This document shows, one piece after another, positions 47,795 through 57,679 of a stretch of DNA of 64,000 nucleotides. How positions within the stretch are numbered: position 1 is the first letter of the stretch; the number at the start of each line of letters is the position of its first letter. Source of the DNA: Armatimonadota bacterium (lineage in GTDB: Bacteria; Armatimonadota; UBA5829; DSUL01); contig JBDHZC010000006.1 of the NCBI GenBank assembly GCA_039811685.1, positions 1 to 64,000 of the forward strand, written 5' to 3'. A program made the position numbers and the translations under genes. The notes under the pieces were generated by a model, which did no database searches, was not told the DNA's origin, and was given only the letters and a program-made list of their open reading frames with translations.

Positions 47795-48124
47795 ATGGCG
47801 ATTAACGATATCGACTTTTCTAAGTTGAGTGTAGATGAGTTGAACGAAGTCATCCGAAAAGCTCGCGAAGTCAAATCCAAGAAGTCAACTCCCAGCATTA
47901 AGATAAACGGCTATGTCATATCCGTCAGAAAGCATGTGGACTCGGCGCTGGAAGCTATCAAGAAGCTCTCTATCTCCGAAGGCGTCGCTCAGCGCAAGTG
48001 GGATGAAGTGGAAACGCAGCTTCGACGACTCCAACTGGACAGCTACCGTAGCGAGGCAGAGAAGGTAAAAATCACGCCGCGCACTCCCAGAGGCAGAGGA
48101 CGGCAGCGCGCAGCCAAGGGCTGA
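47795..48124 (+). CDS. Small basic protein, possible H-NS-like nucleoid-associated protein
   Basis: Own promoter and RBS; N-terminal DFSKLSVDELNEVI resembles H-NS-family oligomerisation helices; C-terminal PRTPRGRGR. Confidence 0.6.
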   Translation: MAINDIDFSKLSVDELNEVIRKAREVKSKKSTPSIKINGYVISVRKHVDSALEAIKKLSISEGVAQRKWDEVETQLRRLQLDSYRSEAEKVKITPRTPRGRGRQRAAKG

Positions 48125-48242
48125 AGCGATGTCGTTTGCCGGAAATTGCAGCACGCCTGGCTTTGCGTGTATATCAAAATGAGCGCCGCACTGCGTGCAA
48201 GACAGTGAAAGATGCGCGTAGCGCTGAGCGGTCTGTTGCTTT

Positions 48243-50063
48243 ATGAACTTAGTTGAGCTTCTCCAGGACAGAGTCATTGTGGCCGATGGAGCTATGGGCA
48301 CGTTGCTTTCCGCCCACGGCATTGCGGTCACCCACCCTTACGACTACGCCAACATCACTCACTCCTCACTTGTGACCTCCGTGCACGCTGAATATGTTGC
48401 GGCTGGCGCGGAACTGATCGAGACCAACACTTACGGCGCCAACCGGATCAAACTTGCCAACTACGAGCTTCACGTTCAGGTAAAGCAAATCAATGAGGCC
48501 GGCGTTCGAGCGGCCAGGGAAGCGTCAGCTGGCAGAGCGCTTGTGGCCGGCGCTGTCGGCCCCGTCGGCAAACCGCTTGCTCCGATCGGCATGATCGAGC
48601 CAGAGGATGCGCGCGCAGCGTTTCGAGAACAGATCCTTGCGCTGCTTGAGGCGGGCGTGGACGCATTGCTGCTGGAGACATTCGCGGACATTCACGAGCT
48701 GGAGATCGCTTTCGAAGTCGCTTCAGAGCTTGCGCAAGATGTCCCCGTCATCTGTCACAAGACGTTCATCGAAGACGGAGAGACACTGGCCGAAGGGCTG
48801 CCTCTTCGCGTGGCAGAGGAGCTGAAAGCCCGTGGGGCTTCTTTTATTGGCTCCAACTGCACGGTCGGCCCCCAGAGGATGCTTGGTATCGTCAGGCAGA
48901 TGGCGCAGGTCGAGGGTGTGGCTGTCGTCGCGATGCCCACGGCCGGCATGCCTCAGAATATTGACGGCCAGGTTATGTACGACATGCCCGCAGCCTACTT
49001 TGGGCGCTATGGCCGCAACCTGGCCGAAGCCGGGGCGCGGATTGTCGGTGGGTGTTGCGGAACGACTCCGGCTCACATCAAAGCTGTTGCGGATGCGCTT
49101 CGCGGCTTCAAGCCAGTCGCCATAGCCAGAACAGCGGCCGCTGTACGCGAACGGCCAAAAGAGCGCGAGGCTGTTGAGATTGACCAGCGATCAGCGTTTG
49201 CAAAGAAGCTGGGCAAAAAGTACGTTGTGTCAGTGGAGCTGGATTTGCCGCGCGGCACGGACATTTCCAAGGTTCTGCAGGGAGCTGAGGCGCTGCGCGA
49301 TCACGGGTGCGACTGCATCGACATTTCGGACGGGGCGAGGGCGCGACTGCGCATGAATCCGATGGTGGCGTCGCACATCATTCAGGAACGCGTCGGCATT
49401 GACGTGATGATGCATTTTTGCTGTCGTGACAGAAATATGCTGGCGATTCAGGCGGACTTGCTGGGCTGTCACGCGCTGGGCCTGCGCAACATCCTCACAA
49501 TCACCGGAGACCCCGCACAGATCGGAGACTACCCTTCAGCATCCTCCGTTTACGATGTGGACTCAGTGGGCATGGTGCGCATTCTGCGCATGTTCAATGA
49601 CGGACAGGATCTGGGCGGCAACTCCATCGGTGAAAAGACACATTTTCTGGTGGCCGTGGCCTTCAACCCACTGGCGCCAAATCTGGACGCAGAGCGCAGA
49701 CGACTGGGCAAAAAGGCGGAAGAGGGCGCGATGCTCATCTACACGCAGCCCATCTTTGAAGAGCGCATACTCGATATTGCGGTAGAAGCGGCGGCGGAGC
49801 ACAGTCTCCCGTTGCTGGTAGGGATTCTCCCTCTGCGCAGCAGCCGGCATGCGGAGTTTATGCAGAACGAGGTGCCGGGTATTGAAATCCCGGAAAACAT
49901 GCGGGCGGCCATAGCGGGGCTGGGTGAAGAGGACGCGCGAAACTACGGCATCGACCAGGCGCGCGAGTTTCTCATCAGGAGCAAGAGCAAGACGCAGGGA
50001 TGCTACCTGATGCCACCGTTTGGAAATTACAGGACCGCAGCGCAGGTCATGGAGGCGCTGTAG
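48243..50063 (+). CDS. Bifunctional homocysteine S-methyltransferase / methylenetetrahydrofolate reductase (YitJ-like)
   Basis: DGAMGT, ETNTYGAN, GGCCGTTP, then SVELDLP, CCRDRN, ITGDP, TQPIF. Confidence 0.92.
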   Translation: MNLVELLQDRVIVADGAMGTLLSAHGIAVTHPYDYANITHSSLVTSVHAEYVAAGAELIETNTYGANRIKLANYELHVQVKQINEAGVRAAREASAGRALVAGAVGPVGKPLAPIGMIEPEDARAAFREQILALLEAGVDALLLETFADIHELEIAFEVASELAQDVPVICHKTFIEDGETLAEGLPLRVAEELKARGASFIGSNCTVGPQRMLGIVRQMAQVEGVAVVAMPTAGMPQNIDGQVMYDMPAAYFGRYGRNLAEAGARIVGGCCGTTPAHIKAVADALRGFKPVAIARTAAAVRERPKEREAVEIDQRSAFAKKLGKKYVVSVELDLPRGTDISKVLQGAEALRDHGCDCIDISDGARARLRMNPMVASHIIQERVGIDVMMHFCCRDRNMLAIQADLLGCHALGLRNILTITGDPAQIGDYPSASSVYDVDSVGMVRILRMFNDGQDLGGNSIGEKTHFLVAVAFNPLAPNLDAERRRLGKKAEEGAMLIYTQPIFEERILDIAVEAAAEHSLPLLVGILPLRSSRHAEFMQNEVPGIEIPENMRAAIAGLGEEDARNYGIDQAREFLIRSKSKTQGCYLMPPFGNYRTAAQVMEAL

Positions 50064-50327
50064 AGAGGCAGGGTGACAGCGTCATCCGGACTATCGTCTT
50101 CGTAGTTATCTGATTTTTTCGACTGAAAGACATCAAAAGCGCGGAACTGTGCGCGAGTTTTCAGCGTTGCCCGGTATCGAGTCCGGCTGACTGAGCGCAG
50201 CGAGGAATGTTCAGGGGCAGTCGGGCCCGCTGTGCCGCGCCAGAACCAGACACCAGCCGCATCCGCAAGACAACAGGGCGCGTGGCCTCTGTGGCTGGTC
50301 GTAGAGGAAGGTCTTCAGGTTTGTCCA

Positions 50328-53300
50328 ATGTCCATATCAACAATCTCAGATAAAACGCAGGAACTCAGGAACGAGCTGTCACGGCGAATTCTGGTGCTGG
50401 ATGGCGCCATGGGGACCTCACTGGAGCATATGCGTCCGAGTGCCGCAGACTTTGGAGGCGAGGAACTTGAAGGCTGTAACGAAGCGCTGAACATCAACGC
50501 TCCACAGTTCGTACAGGCCGTTCATCGCAGCTTTCTGGACGCAGGCTGTGATGTGCTCGAAACAAACAGCTTCAACGGCTCTGCGATTGTGCTGGCGGAG
50601 TACGGCCTTCAGGACAGGGTTATCGAAATCAACCGCCGCGCAGCAGAGCTTGCCTGCGAGGCTGCGGAGTCCATTTCAGACAAACGGCGGGTGTTTGTCG
50701 CTGGCGCGATCGGGCCTACCAACAAAGCGATTACGGTAACCGGTGGAACGACTTTTGACGCGCTGGTTGAGACTTTTCGTGAGCAGGCGACGGGTCTGAT
50801 TCTGGGTGGGGTGGACTATATTCTGCTGGAGACGCAACAGGATACTGTCAACGTCAAGGCAGCTCTGATCGGCGTTCAGCAAGCTATGAAGGATACCGGG
50901 CGGCCTTTGCCCATCGCCGTTTCAGCGACAATCGAGATGAACGGCACGATGCTGGCGGGGCAGAACGTGGAAGCGCTGTATTACACGCTGGCGGGACAGG
51001 ATCTGCTGTATCTCGGACTCAACTGCGCAACGGGGCCGGATCTTATGACCGACCACATCCGCACGCTCTCCCAGATTTCGCACTTCCCGGTCTCATGTGT
51101 GCCCAACGCCGGACTGCCCAACACTGACGGAGAGTATGACCAGACGGCTGACGACTTTCGAAGCGCCTTCAAAAGATTCGCATCAGAAGGCTTTGTGAAT
51201 GTCGTGGGGGGCTGCTGTGGCACGACGCCTGCCCACATTCAGGCTCTGGCAGAGGTGGCAGCGGAGTTTCCGCCGCGCAAGCCACAGCCGCAAGCACAGA
51301 GAGCTGCGCTGGCCGGCGCGGAGCCGCTTCTGCTCGACGATATCACCCGTCCCCTTTTTGTGGGCGAGCGCACTAACGTCATCGGAAGCCGAAAGTTCCG
51401 GCGGCTCATCAGCGAGGGCAAGTTTGAGGCAGCGGCAGAGATCGGCAAGGAACAGGTGCAAAAGGGCGCGCACATTGTAGATTTGTGCACGGCCGACCCG
51501 GACCGAAACGAGCAGGACGATCTGCTTGTCATCCTTCAGTCGCTCTTGCGAAAAGTGCGCGTGCCCGTGATGATTGACTCGACGGATGGGGAAGTCATCC
51601 ACGCCGCCCTCAAGCGTATAGGCGGAAAGCCTGTTATCAACTCGATCAATCTGGAAGACGGTGAAAAGCGCTTTGAGCAGATCTGTCCGCTGGCCCGGCG
51701 GTACGGCGCAGCGCTTGTCGTTGGTCTGATTGACGAAGACAAACAGGCGGGAATGGCCGTCACAGTGGAGCGCAAGCTGGAGATCGCCGAGCGTTCCTAC
51801 CGGCTCCTGACCGAAAAATACGACATCGCCCCCGGTGAGATCATCTTCGACCCGCTGGTGTTTCCGGCGGGCACGGGCGATCCCAACTACAAGGGCGCGG
51901 CGGAAGCGACCATTAAAGGCGTGCGCGCCATCAAGGAGCGATTCCCGGACGTCTTCACTGTGCTGGGTATCTCCAATGTGAGCTTCGGACTACCGGCGGC
52001 CGGGCGCGAGGTGCTGAACTCCGTTTTCCTCTACGAGAACACCCAGGCCGGACTTGATATGGCTATTGTCAACACGGCTGGCATCCGGCGCTACGCGCAA
52101 CTCAGCGAAGATGAAATCCGGCTTTCGATGGACCTTCTGTACGAGCGCACAGAAGATCCGATTGCTGCATTTGCGGAGTTCTTCCGTGAAGCCAGAGAAA
52201 CAGCGCGTGAAGACGAGCTGGCGCATATGAGCGCTGAGGAGCGAATTTCCCGGTGTGTGCTGGACGGGACTCGCGACGGTCTGGAGGGTTTTCTCGACGA
52301 AGCGCTGACACGGGCGACGCCGCTGGAGATTATCAACGGCCCACTGATGGCCGGGATGGACGAAGTTGGGCGGCTTTTTGGAGACAATAAGCTCATTGTC
52401 GCAGAAGTGCTGGAGTCGGCTGAGGCGATGAAGGCTGCCGTGGACTACCTGAAGCAGTTTCTCGATAGCGCTGAATCAGCCGCCACCAAAGGCAAGATGC
52501 TGCTTGCGACTGTCAAGGGCGACGTGCACGACATCGGCAAGAATCTTGTAGATATGATCCTGTCCAACAACGGCTATGAGATTGTGAATCTCGGGATCAA
52601 AGTGCCGCCGGAGACTCTGATCGAGGCTGTGCACCAGCATAAGCCCGATATTATTGGGCTGTCAGGCCTGCTGGTGAGAAGCGCGCAGCAGATGGTAGTG
52701 ACGGCGCAGGACTTCACGGCGGCGGGCGTGGACGTGCCGCTCATCGTCGGCGGGGCCGCTCTCACGAAAAAGTTTACGATGACGCGCATTTCTGATGCGT
52801 ACGGCGCCCCGACTTTTTACGCTGGAGAAGCGATGGAAGGCTTGCAGTACGCCAACAGACTGGTGGATGAAGCTGAGCGTCCCAAGCTGTTAGAGACTCT
52901 GGCAAAAGAGCGGGCGGCTGTTACAGAAACAGCTCCACCGCCGCCGCCGGAGCCTGTCGCCATCGAGAGGCCGGAGTGGAACGCTGTTGAAATCCCTCAG
53001 CCACCGGATATGGAAGAACACGTCCTGCACGGCATTCCTATCGAAGAAGTAACACCACTATTGAACCGGATTATGGTCTTCGGCAAACATCTCGGCCTGA
53101 AGACACCCATTCGCAGGCTGGAAGATGAGACGGACGTGAAGGCGCAGGAGCTCAAGGATCACGTGGACAGAGTGATACAGGAAGCGCATACGCGGGGAAT
53201 GCTGCGTCCACGCGCGGTGTGGCGATGGCTACCGGCGGAAAGTGAAGGGGATATAATCCGCCTGAGAGACCCTGACAGCGGGGATACCCTGGTTGAGTGG

Positions 53301-53786
53301 ACCTTCCCGCGCCGATCCAAGGAGCCTTTCACCTGCGCGGCTGACTGGATCAAGCCGGCGTCTATGGGCGGTGGAGACTACCTGGGGCTTTTCGTCACAA
53401 CGGCCGGTCCCAATCCTGCAGTGGAGGCTGCGAAGTGGCGCGAGGAAGGCAGGTTGCTGGATTCACACATTCTCTCATGCGTTGGTATTGAAACGGCAGA
53501 GGCGACCGCCGAGTGGATTCATCAGAAGATGCGCGCGGACTGGGGCTTTCCCGATCCGGCTTTCTTCGGGTATCAGGAGCTGTTCAAGACGCGCTATCGT
53601 GGCATCAGGCTCAGCTTCGGCTATCCGGCCAGTCCGGAACTGGCCTATCAGCGCGATCTGTTTTCTATCCTGCGTCCGTACGCCAAGATCGGCGTGGCCC
53701 TGACCGACGGTGACATGATGGAACCGGAGTCCTCCGTATCGGCGCTGGTGTTCCACCACCCGGACGGCCACTACTTCGTAACTTGA
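50328..53786 (+). CDS. metH: Cobalamin-dependent methionine synthase
   Basis: LDGAMGT, LNCATG, GGCCGTTP, GERTNVIGS, B12 motif GDVHDIGKN, C-terminal RLSFGYPA...MEPESSVSA. Confidence 0.97.
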   Translation: MSISTISDKTQELRNELSRRILVLDGAMGTSLEHMRPSAADFGGEELEGCNEALNINAPQFVQAVHRSFLDAGCDVLETNSFNGSAIVLAEYGLQDRVIEINRRAAELACEAAESISDKRRVFVAGAIGPTNKAITVTGGTTFDALVETFREQATGLILGGVDYILLETQQDTVNVKAALIGVQQAMKDTGRPLPIAVSATIEMNGTMLAGQNVEALYYTLAGQDLLYLGLNCATGPDLMTDHIRTLSQISHFPVSCVPNAGLPNTDGEYDQTADDFRSAFKRFASEGFVNVVGGCCGTTPAHIQALAEVAAEFPPRKPQPQAQRAALAGAEPLLLDDITRPLFVGERTNVIGSRKFRRLISEGKFEAAAEIGKEQVQKGAHIVDLCTADPDRNEQDDLLVILQSLLRKVRVPVMIDSTDGEVIHAALKRIGGKPVINSINLEDGEKRFEQICPLARRYGAALVVGLIDEDKQAGMAVTVERKLEIAERSYRLLTEKYDIAPGEIIFDPLVFPAGTGDPNYKGAAEATIKGVRAIKERFPDVFTVLGISNVSFGLPAAGREVLNSVFLYENTQAGLDMAIVNTAGIRRYAQLSEDEIRLSMDLLYERTEDPIAAFAEFFREARETAREDELAHMSAEERISRCVLDGTRDGLEGFLDEALTRATPLEIINGPLMAGMDEVGRLFGDNKLIVAEVLESAEAMKAAVDYLKQFLDSAESAATKGKMLLATVKGDVHDIGKNLVDMILSNNGYEIVNLGIKVPPETLIEAVHQHKPDIIGLSGLLVRSAQQMVVTAQDFTAAGVDVPLIVGGAALTKKFTMTRISDAYGAPTFYAGEAMEGLQYANRLVDEAERPKLLETLAKERAAVTETAPPPPPEPVAIERPEWNAVEIPQPPDMEEHVLHGIPIEEVTPLLNRIMVFGKHLGLKTPIRRLEDETDVKAQELKDHVDRVIQEAHTRGMLRPRAVWRWLPAESEGDIIRLRDPDSGDTLVEWTFPRRSKEPFTCAADWIKPASMGGGDYLGLFVTTAGPNPAVEAAKWREEGRLLDSHILSCVGIETAEATAEWIHQKMRADWGFPDPAFFGYQELFKTRYRGIRLSFGYPASPELAYQRDLFSILRPYAKIGVALTDGDMMEPESSVSALVFHHPDGHYFVT

Positions 53787-53814
53787 CAACCACCTGTCAG
53801 ACGGACAGGCGCTG

Positions 53815-54525
53815 ATGCCGTACCGCTACGATGCTTCCGTGCAGGAAGTGATCCGCGAGACACCGGACGTCGTCACACTGCGCCTTGGCCCAACTCCAGC
53901 AAGTCTCATGTGGGACCCGGGACAGTTCGTGATGCTCAGTTGTCAGACTCCGCAGGGACTTCTGCGCCGCGCCTATTCGATTGCAAACCCTCCAGGGCGC
54001 AGCGGACACATAGATATTACAGTTCGAGCGGGCACGGGCGTCTCGGCGTTTTTGTGCAACGGTATCTCAGCAGGCTCGGAGATCGCCTTCAGCGGCCCTT
54101 ACGGCCGGTTTATCTACAGAGAGACGGACTCTGACAGCATCGGACTGGTGGCCGCGGGCAGTGGGATTGTGCCTCTGATGTGTATCCTGCGCCATCTGCG
54201 GGACACGCGTGCGAACGTGTCCAGAGCGCTACTGCTGAGCGACCGGAGCGAAGATGACCTCATCTACCGCAAAGAGCTTCTTCAGATGAGCGAATCCGCA
54301 GGATTGGAGCTCAGTTTTGCGCTGACACGCCCAACTGCTGACGACTGGCGTGGGTTCAACGGCAGGATTAACCGTGAGATGACCGCGCGCTGGTTGGATG
54401 GACTGCGAGCAACACCGGACAGATTCTTCGTATGCGGTCCATTGGAGATGTGCCGCGAGACAAAGGAGCATCTGATTGGTCTTGGCGCGCGGCCGGATAG
54501 AGTTCTGACAGAGTTTTTCGGATAA
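53815..54525 (+). CDS. FNR-family FAD/NAD(P)-binding oxidoreductase
   Basis: PGQFV, RAYSI, GPYGRF, AAGSGIVP, VCGP, terminal EFFG. Confidence 0.9.
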   Translation: MPYRYDASVQEVIRETPDVVTLRLGPTPASLMWDPGQFVMLSCQTPQGLLRRAYSIANPPGRSGHIDITVRAGTGVSAFLCNGISAGSEIAFSGPYGRFIYRETDSDSIGLVAAGSGIVPLMCILRHLRDTRANVSRALLLSDRSEDDLIYRKELLQMSESAGLELSFALTRPTADDWRGFNGRINREMTARWLDGLRATPDRFFVCGPLEMCRETKEHLIGLGARPDRVLTEFFG

Positions 54526-54580
54526 ACACCAAATTCCCACAGAAAAACCCAGCAATAGTACGGGGATTTATCAAAAAACG

Positions 54581-54609
54581 TTGTCAGGCGGCAGTAGCGC
54601 TGGTACACT
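54581..54609 (+). promoter_or_regulatory. Sigma70-type promoter
   Basis: TTGTCA-N17-TACACT with an A-rich UP-like region, upstream of the PEP-CTERM gene. Confidence 0.6.
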
Positions 54610-54776
54610 TGATTCAGTACGCAGAATTACTGGTTTCGCGGTGGACAGGTTGGCATGACGCTTCTTAGCCGCGGACTGGCTGGTGCGCTTTTCTCCCAGG
54701 CTAGTACATAGCGCATCGCAGTAACAACAAAGAGTTTCGCCCCATTGTTAGAAAACTCAGGGGGAGGGGATGTCGG

Positions 54777-55454
54777 ATGAACAAAAAGAGTTTGTGGATT
54801 ATTGGCGCGCTCGTTGCGACGGCCGTAGCAGGCGGGCGAGCTGGTGCGCAGATAGTGCCAAACGGCCTGCCGGCCGGATACGCTGTGCCTTCGATGTGGA
54901 CGGCCGCCGGACCACTTTCTCCGCAGCCTCCCAGGTACACCGCTCAGGTGTTCTGGGCGTACGAGCTCAAAGCAGGCGTTTACACTTACTGGTACAGAGT
55001 TGACCATCTGGGTCCAGGGCCTTCCTCGGGCAACCCGGCGATCATTGACAACATCGCATCTGCCGCTTTGGGAGTGGATCCGTCACTGATCGTGCAGAAA
55101 AACGGTGTGTACCAGTTTGGACAAAACGACACAGCGCAAAACAGACCCGGGCAATCCTGGGCGGCTGAACTGGTGAATGCGCAGGACACGTCCATCGGCT
55201 GGGGATGGCAGGGCAACGCAGCTTACAATCAGGTACAGCCGTATGAGACCGAGCTGCTGTGGTTGCAGTCTCCCTACGGGCCCACCAGCGTTACTTTCAG
55301 CCTGGATGTCCCGGAGCCGTGCCAGTGCGGACGAGCTTATACGACTATTGTGAAGGGTCCGGGCACGCCACCAGTGCCGGAGCCGGCGTCCATGGCGCTG
55401 GCTGCCGTCGGGCTGACAGTAGTTGGCTATGTAAGGCGACGACGCCTGAGCTAG
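54777..55454 (+). CDS. PEP-CTERM sorting domain protein
   Basis: Signal peptide; C-terminal VPEPASMALAAVGL-TM-RRRR. Confidence 0.92.
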   Translation: MNKKSLWIIGALVATAVAGGRAGAQIVPNGLPAGYAVPSMWTAAGPLSPQPPRYTAQVFWAYELKAGVYTYWYRVDHLGPGPSSGNPAIIDNIASAALGVDPSLIVQKNGVYQFGQNDTAQNRPGQSWAAELVNAQDTSIGWGWQGNAAYNQVQPYETELLWLQSPYGPTSVTFSLDVPEPCQCGRAYTTIVKGPGTPPVPEPASMALAAVGLTVVGYVRRRRLS

Positions 55455-55476
55455 CATTTTTCCTGTCTGAAATATG

Positions 55477-55510
55477 ATAAAGCCCCGGTGATTCTTCACC
55501 GGGGCTTTAT
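55477..55510. terminator. Bidirectional Rho-independent terminator
   Basis: ATAAAGCCCCGGTG / CACCGGGGCTTTAT perfect inverted repeat between convergent genes. Confidence 0.85.
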
Positions 55511-55532
55511 TGGCACGTTGCCATAAAACGGG

Positions 55533-56363
55533 TCAAATAAACTCGAGCGGCGGTACTTCCGGGATCAGTCCCCTGTCGCTAGCGCGGCCCAGAAGCTCTT
55601 CGACCGCTCGCCTTCCCCGTTCACCGTAGTCCACCGTCAGATCGTTGACGTACATGCTGACAAAGGTGTCGGCTCTGGCGTCTTCCAGACCTCGACCGAA
55701 CTGCTCGGCATAGCGCAGAGCCAACTCCCGATGCTCCAGAGCATAGCTGATGGACTTGCGCACCATCTCAGTCAGTCTGCGTTGCTCGTCCACGGGGATG
55801 TCGCGGCGCACACCGTTGCCACCCAGAGGAAGCGGCAGGCCCGTCTCCTCCAGCCACTCCTCACCCAGATCCAAAAGTTTGACCAGCCCGTGGTCTTCAT
55901 AGGTGAGCTGACCCTCGTGAATGATCAGTCCTGCTTCAACTTCTCCAGCAGCAACGCGCTCGAGGATCTCGTCAAAGCGCATCACTTTGTACTTCACTTC
56001 GGGGTAGTAGAGTTTCAACGCCAGAAAGGCGGTCGTGCGCTCGCCCGGGATGGCAACTTCCAGATCGTTGATATCTTTGTCCGCCGTCTCCTCACGCGCA
56101 ATGACTATCGGGCCATAGCCATCTCCCATGCTGGCCCCACACGACATCAGGGCGTATTTATCCGCAAGGTAGGCGTAGGCGTGCATCGAGAAAGCCGTGA
56201 TCTCATAGGCCCCTTCCAGCGCGCGCTGATTGAGAGTTTCTATGTCCGCCAGGACATGCTCCACCTCGTAGTCTCCCGTTGAGACTTTTCCGTGGGACAT
56301 AGCCCAGAACATAAACGCGTCATCTGAGTCCGGACTGTGCGCCACGGTGATTTTCTTCGGCAT
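55533..56363 (-). CDS. mqnD: MqnA/MqnD family protein, likely 1,4-dihydroxy-6-naphthoate synthase (futalosine pathway)
   Basis: HSPDSDDAFMF, DIETLN, GDGYGP, PGERTTA, IIHEGQLTY, LPLPLG, MYVN. Confidence 0.8.
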   Translation of the reverse strand: MPKKITVAHSPDSDDAFMFWAMSHGKVSTGDYEVEHVLADIETLNQRALEGAYEITAFSMHAYAYLADKYALMSCGASMGDGYGPIVIAREETADKDINDLEVAIPGERTTAFLALKLYYPEVKYKVMRFDEILERVAAGEVEAGLIIHEGQLTYEDHGLVKLLDLGEEWLEETGLPLPLGGNGVRRDIPVDEQRRLTEMVRKSISYALEHRELALRYAEQFGRGLEDARADTFVSMYVNDLTVDYGERGRRAVEELLGRASDRGLIPEVPPLEFI

Positions 56364-56608
56364 GGGTGTCTCCTTCCGCCGGGCGCTCTGCCCGTTCACA
56401 ATAGTCTGAATCGGCGCAGCGCTTTCGCGCGTCCCGCCAGTGTGTATAGTGCGCCAAATTCCACCCGCCCGCAAGCTCAGGGAGCCAGTGTCCGCGTTAC
56501 CAGACGTGCCAGTTTCCCGCTCGGCCTTACGCGGTCAACCTGGTATCGAAAACGTTATCGCGAGGGACTTCGGACCGTGACTTCAGGTGCAGAGTGAAAA
56601 GACGCGCC

Positions 56609-57547
56609 TCACTCTATGCCCTGGGATGCGAGCCAGCGTTCGGCGTCAATGGCGGCGGCGCAACCAGTACCCGCGGCTGTCACCGCCTGTCTGTAGGTGA
56701 AATCGGCTACGTCTCCGGCGGCAAAAACGCCCTCCACGCTGGTCTTCACACCGTCCACACAAAGATAGCCAACCTCATTCATCTCAAGCTGTCCCTGAAA
56801 GACGGCGGTGTTCGGGTGGTGCCCGATGGCTATGAAAACACCTTCCGTGGCAAAAAGACTGGTTTCGCCCGTCTCGAGGTTCTTGAGCGTGACACCGGTA
56901 ACCTGACCCTGGTCCACGTCGTGAATCTCTTCGATCACCGAGTTCCAAGCGAACTCGATTTTCGGATTGGCAAACGCCCGCTCCTGCATGATTTTGGATG
57001 CGCGCAGCTCATGCCGACGGTGGATGACGGTGACTTTTGAGGCGAACTTTGTGAGAAAGGTCGCCTCTTCTATCGCGGTATCTCCACCGCCGACCACTAC
57101 GATCTCTTTGTCGCGGAAAAAGAAGCCGTCACATGTTGCACAGGCAGACACACCATGCCCCATAAGTTTAGCCTCTGACTCGAGTCCCAGCAGCTTGGCG
57201 GAAGCGCCGGTGCTGATAATGACGCTGTGCGTGAGCAGTTCGTCCTCTCCGTCCACGACGATTTTGAACGGACGGCTGGAGAAATCCACCGAACTCACCA
57301 TTCCCTGACGGGTCTCGGCTCCAAAACGCTCGGCCTGGAGCCGCATCTCTTCCATAAGCGCAGGGCCCATTATCCCATCCTTGAAACCGGGAAAATTCTC
57401 AACTTCCGTGGTGATCATAAGCTGGCCACCAGGATCCTGCCCTGCGATAACCAGCGGGCTCAGATCAGCCCGCGCAGTATAGATGGCCGCCGTCAATCCG
57501 GCTGGCCCGGTGCCAAGTATAGTGACTTTTCGAACGCTGTCCTGCAT
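56609..57547 (-). CDS. trxB: Thioredoxin-disulfide reductase
   Basis: GTGPAGLTAA, GGQL, CATCDG, GGGDTA, AAGDV, RQAVTAAG. Confidence 0.96.
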   Translation of the reverse strand: MQDSVRKVTILGTGPAGLTAAIYTARADLSPLVIAGQDPGGQLMITTEVENFPGFKDGIMGPALMEEMRLQAERFGAETRQGMVSSVDFSSRPFKIVVDGEDELLTHSVIISTGASAKLLGLESEAKLMGHGVSACATCDGFFFRDKEIVVVGGGDTAIEEATFLTKFASKVTVIHRRHELRASKIMQERAFANPKIEFAWNSVIEEIHDVDQGQVTGVTLKNLETGETSLFATEGVFIAIGHHPNTAVFQGQLEMNEVGYLCVDGVKTSVEGVFAAGDVADFTYRQAVTAAGTGCAAAIDAERWLASQGIE

Positions 57548-57679
57548 AAAACTAGATGTAAGTGCCTTTCCGTCGGTAGTATACCCCGAAAGCGGCATGG
57601 CTCCCAGGCTACGGCGCACGGAGGCGCTACGGCGGGCGCAAATTGGCCGGGGAACGCGCGAGCCAGGGCCGAAAGCGGA

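Noticed and set aside
47410..47898. 162-aa minus-strand ORF
   Set aside because: Overlaps the promoter and start of the better-supported plus-strand gene; no motif.
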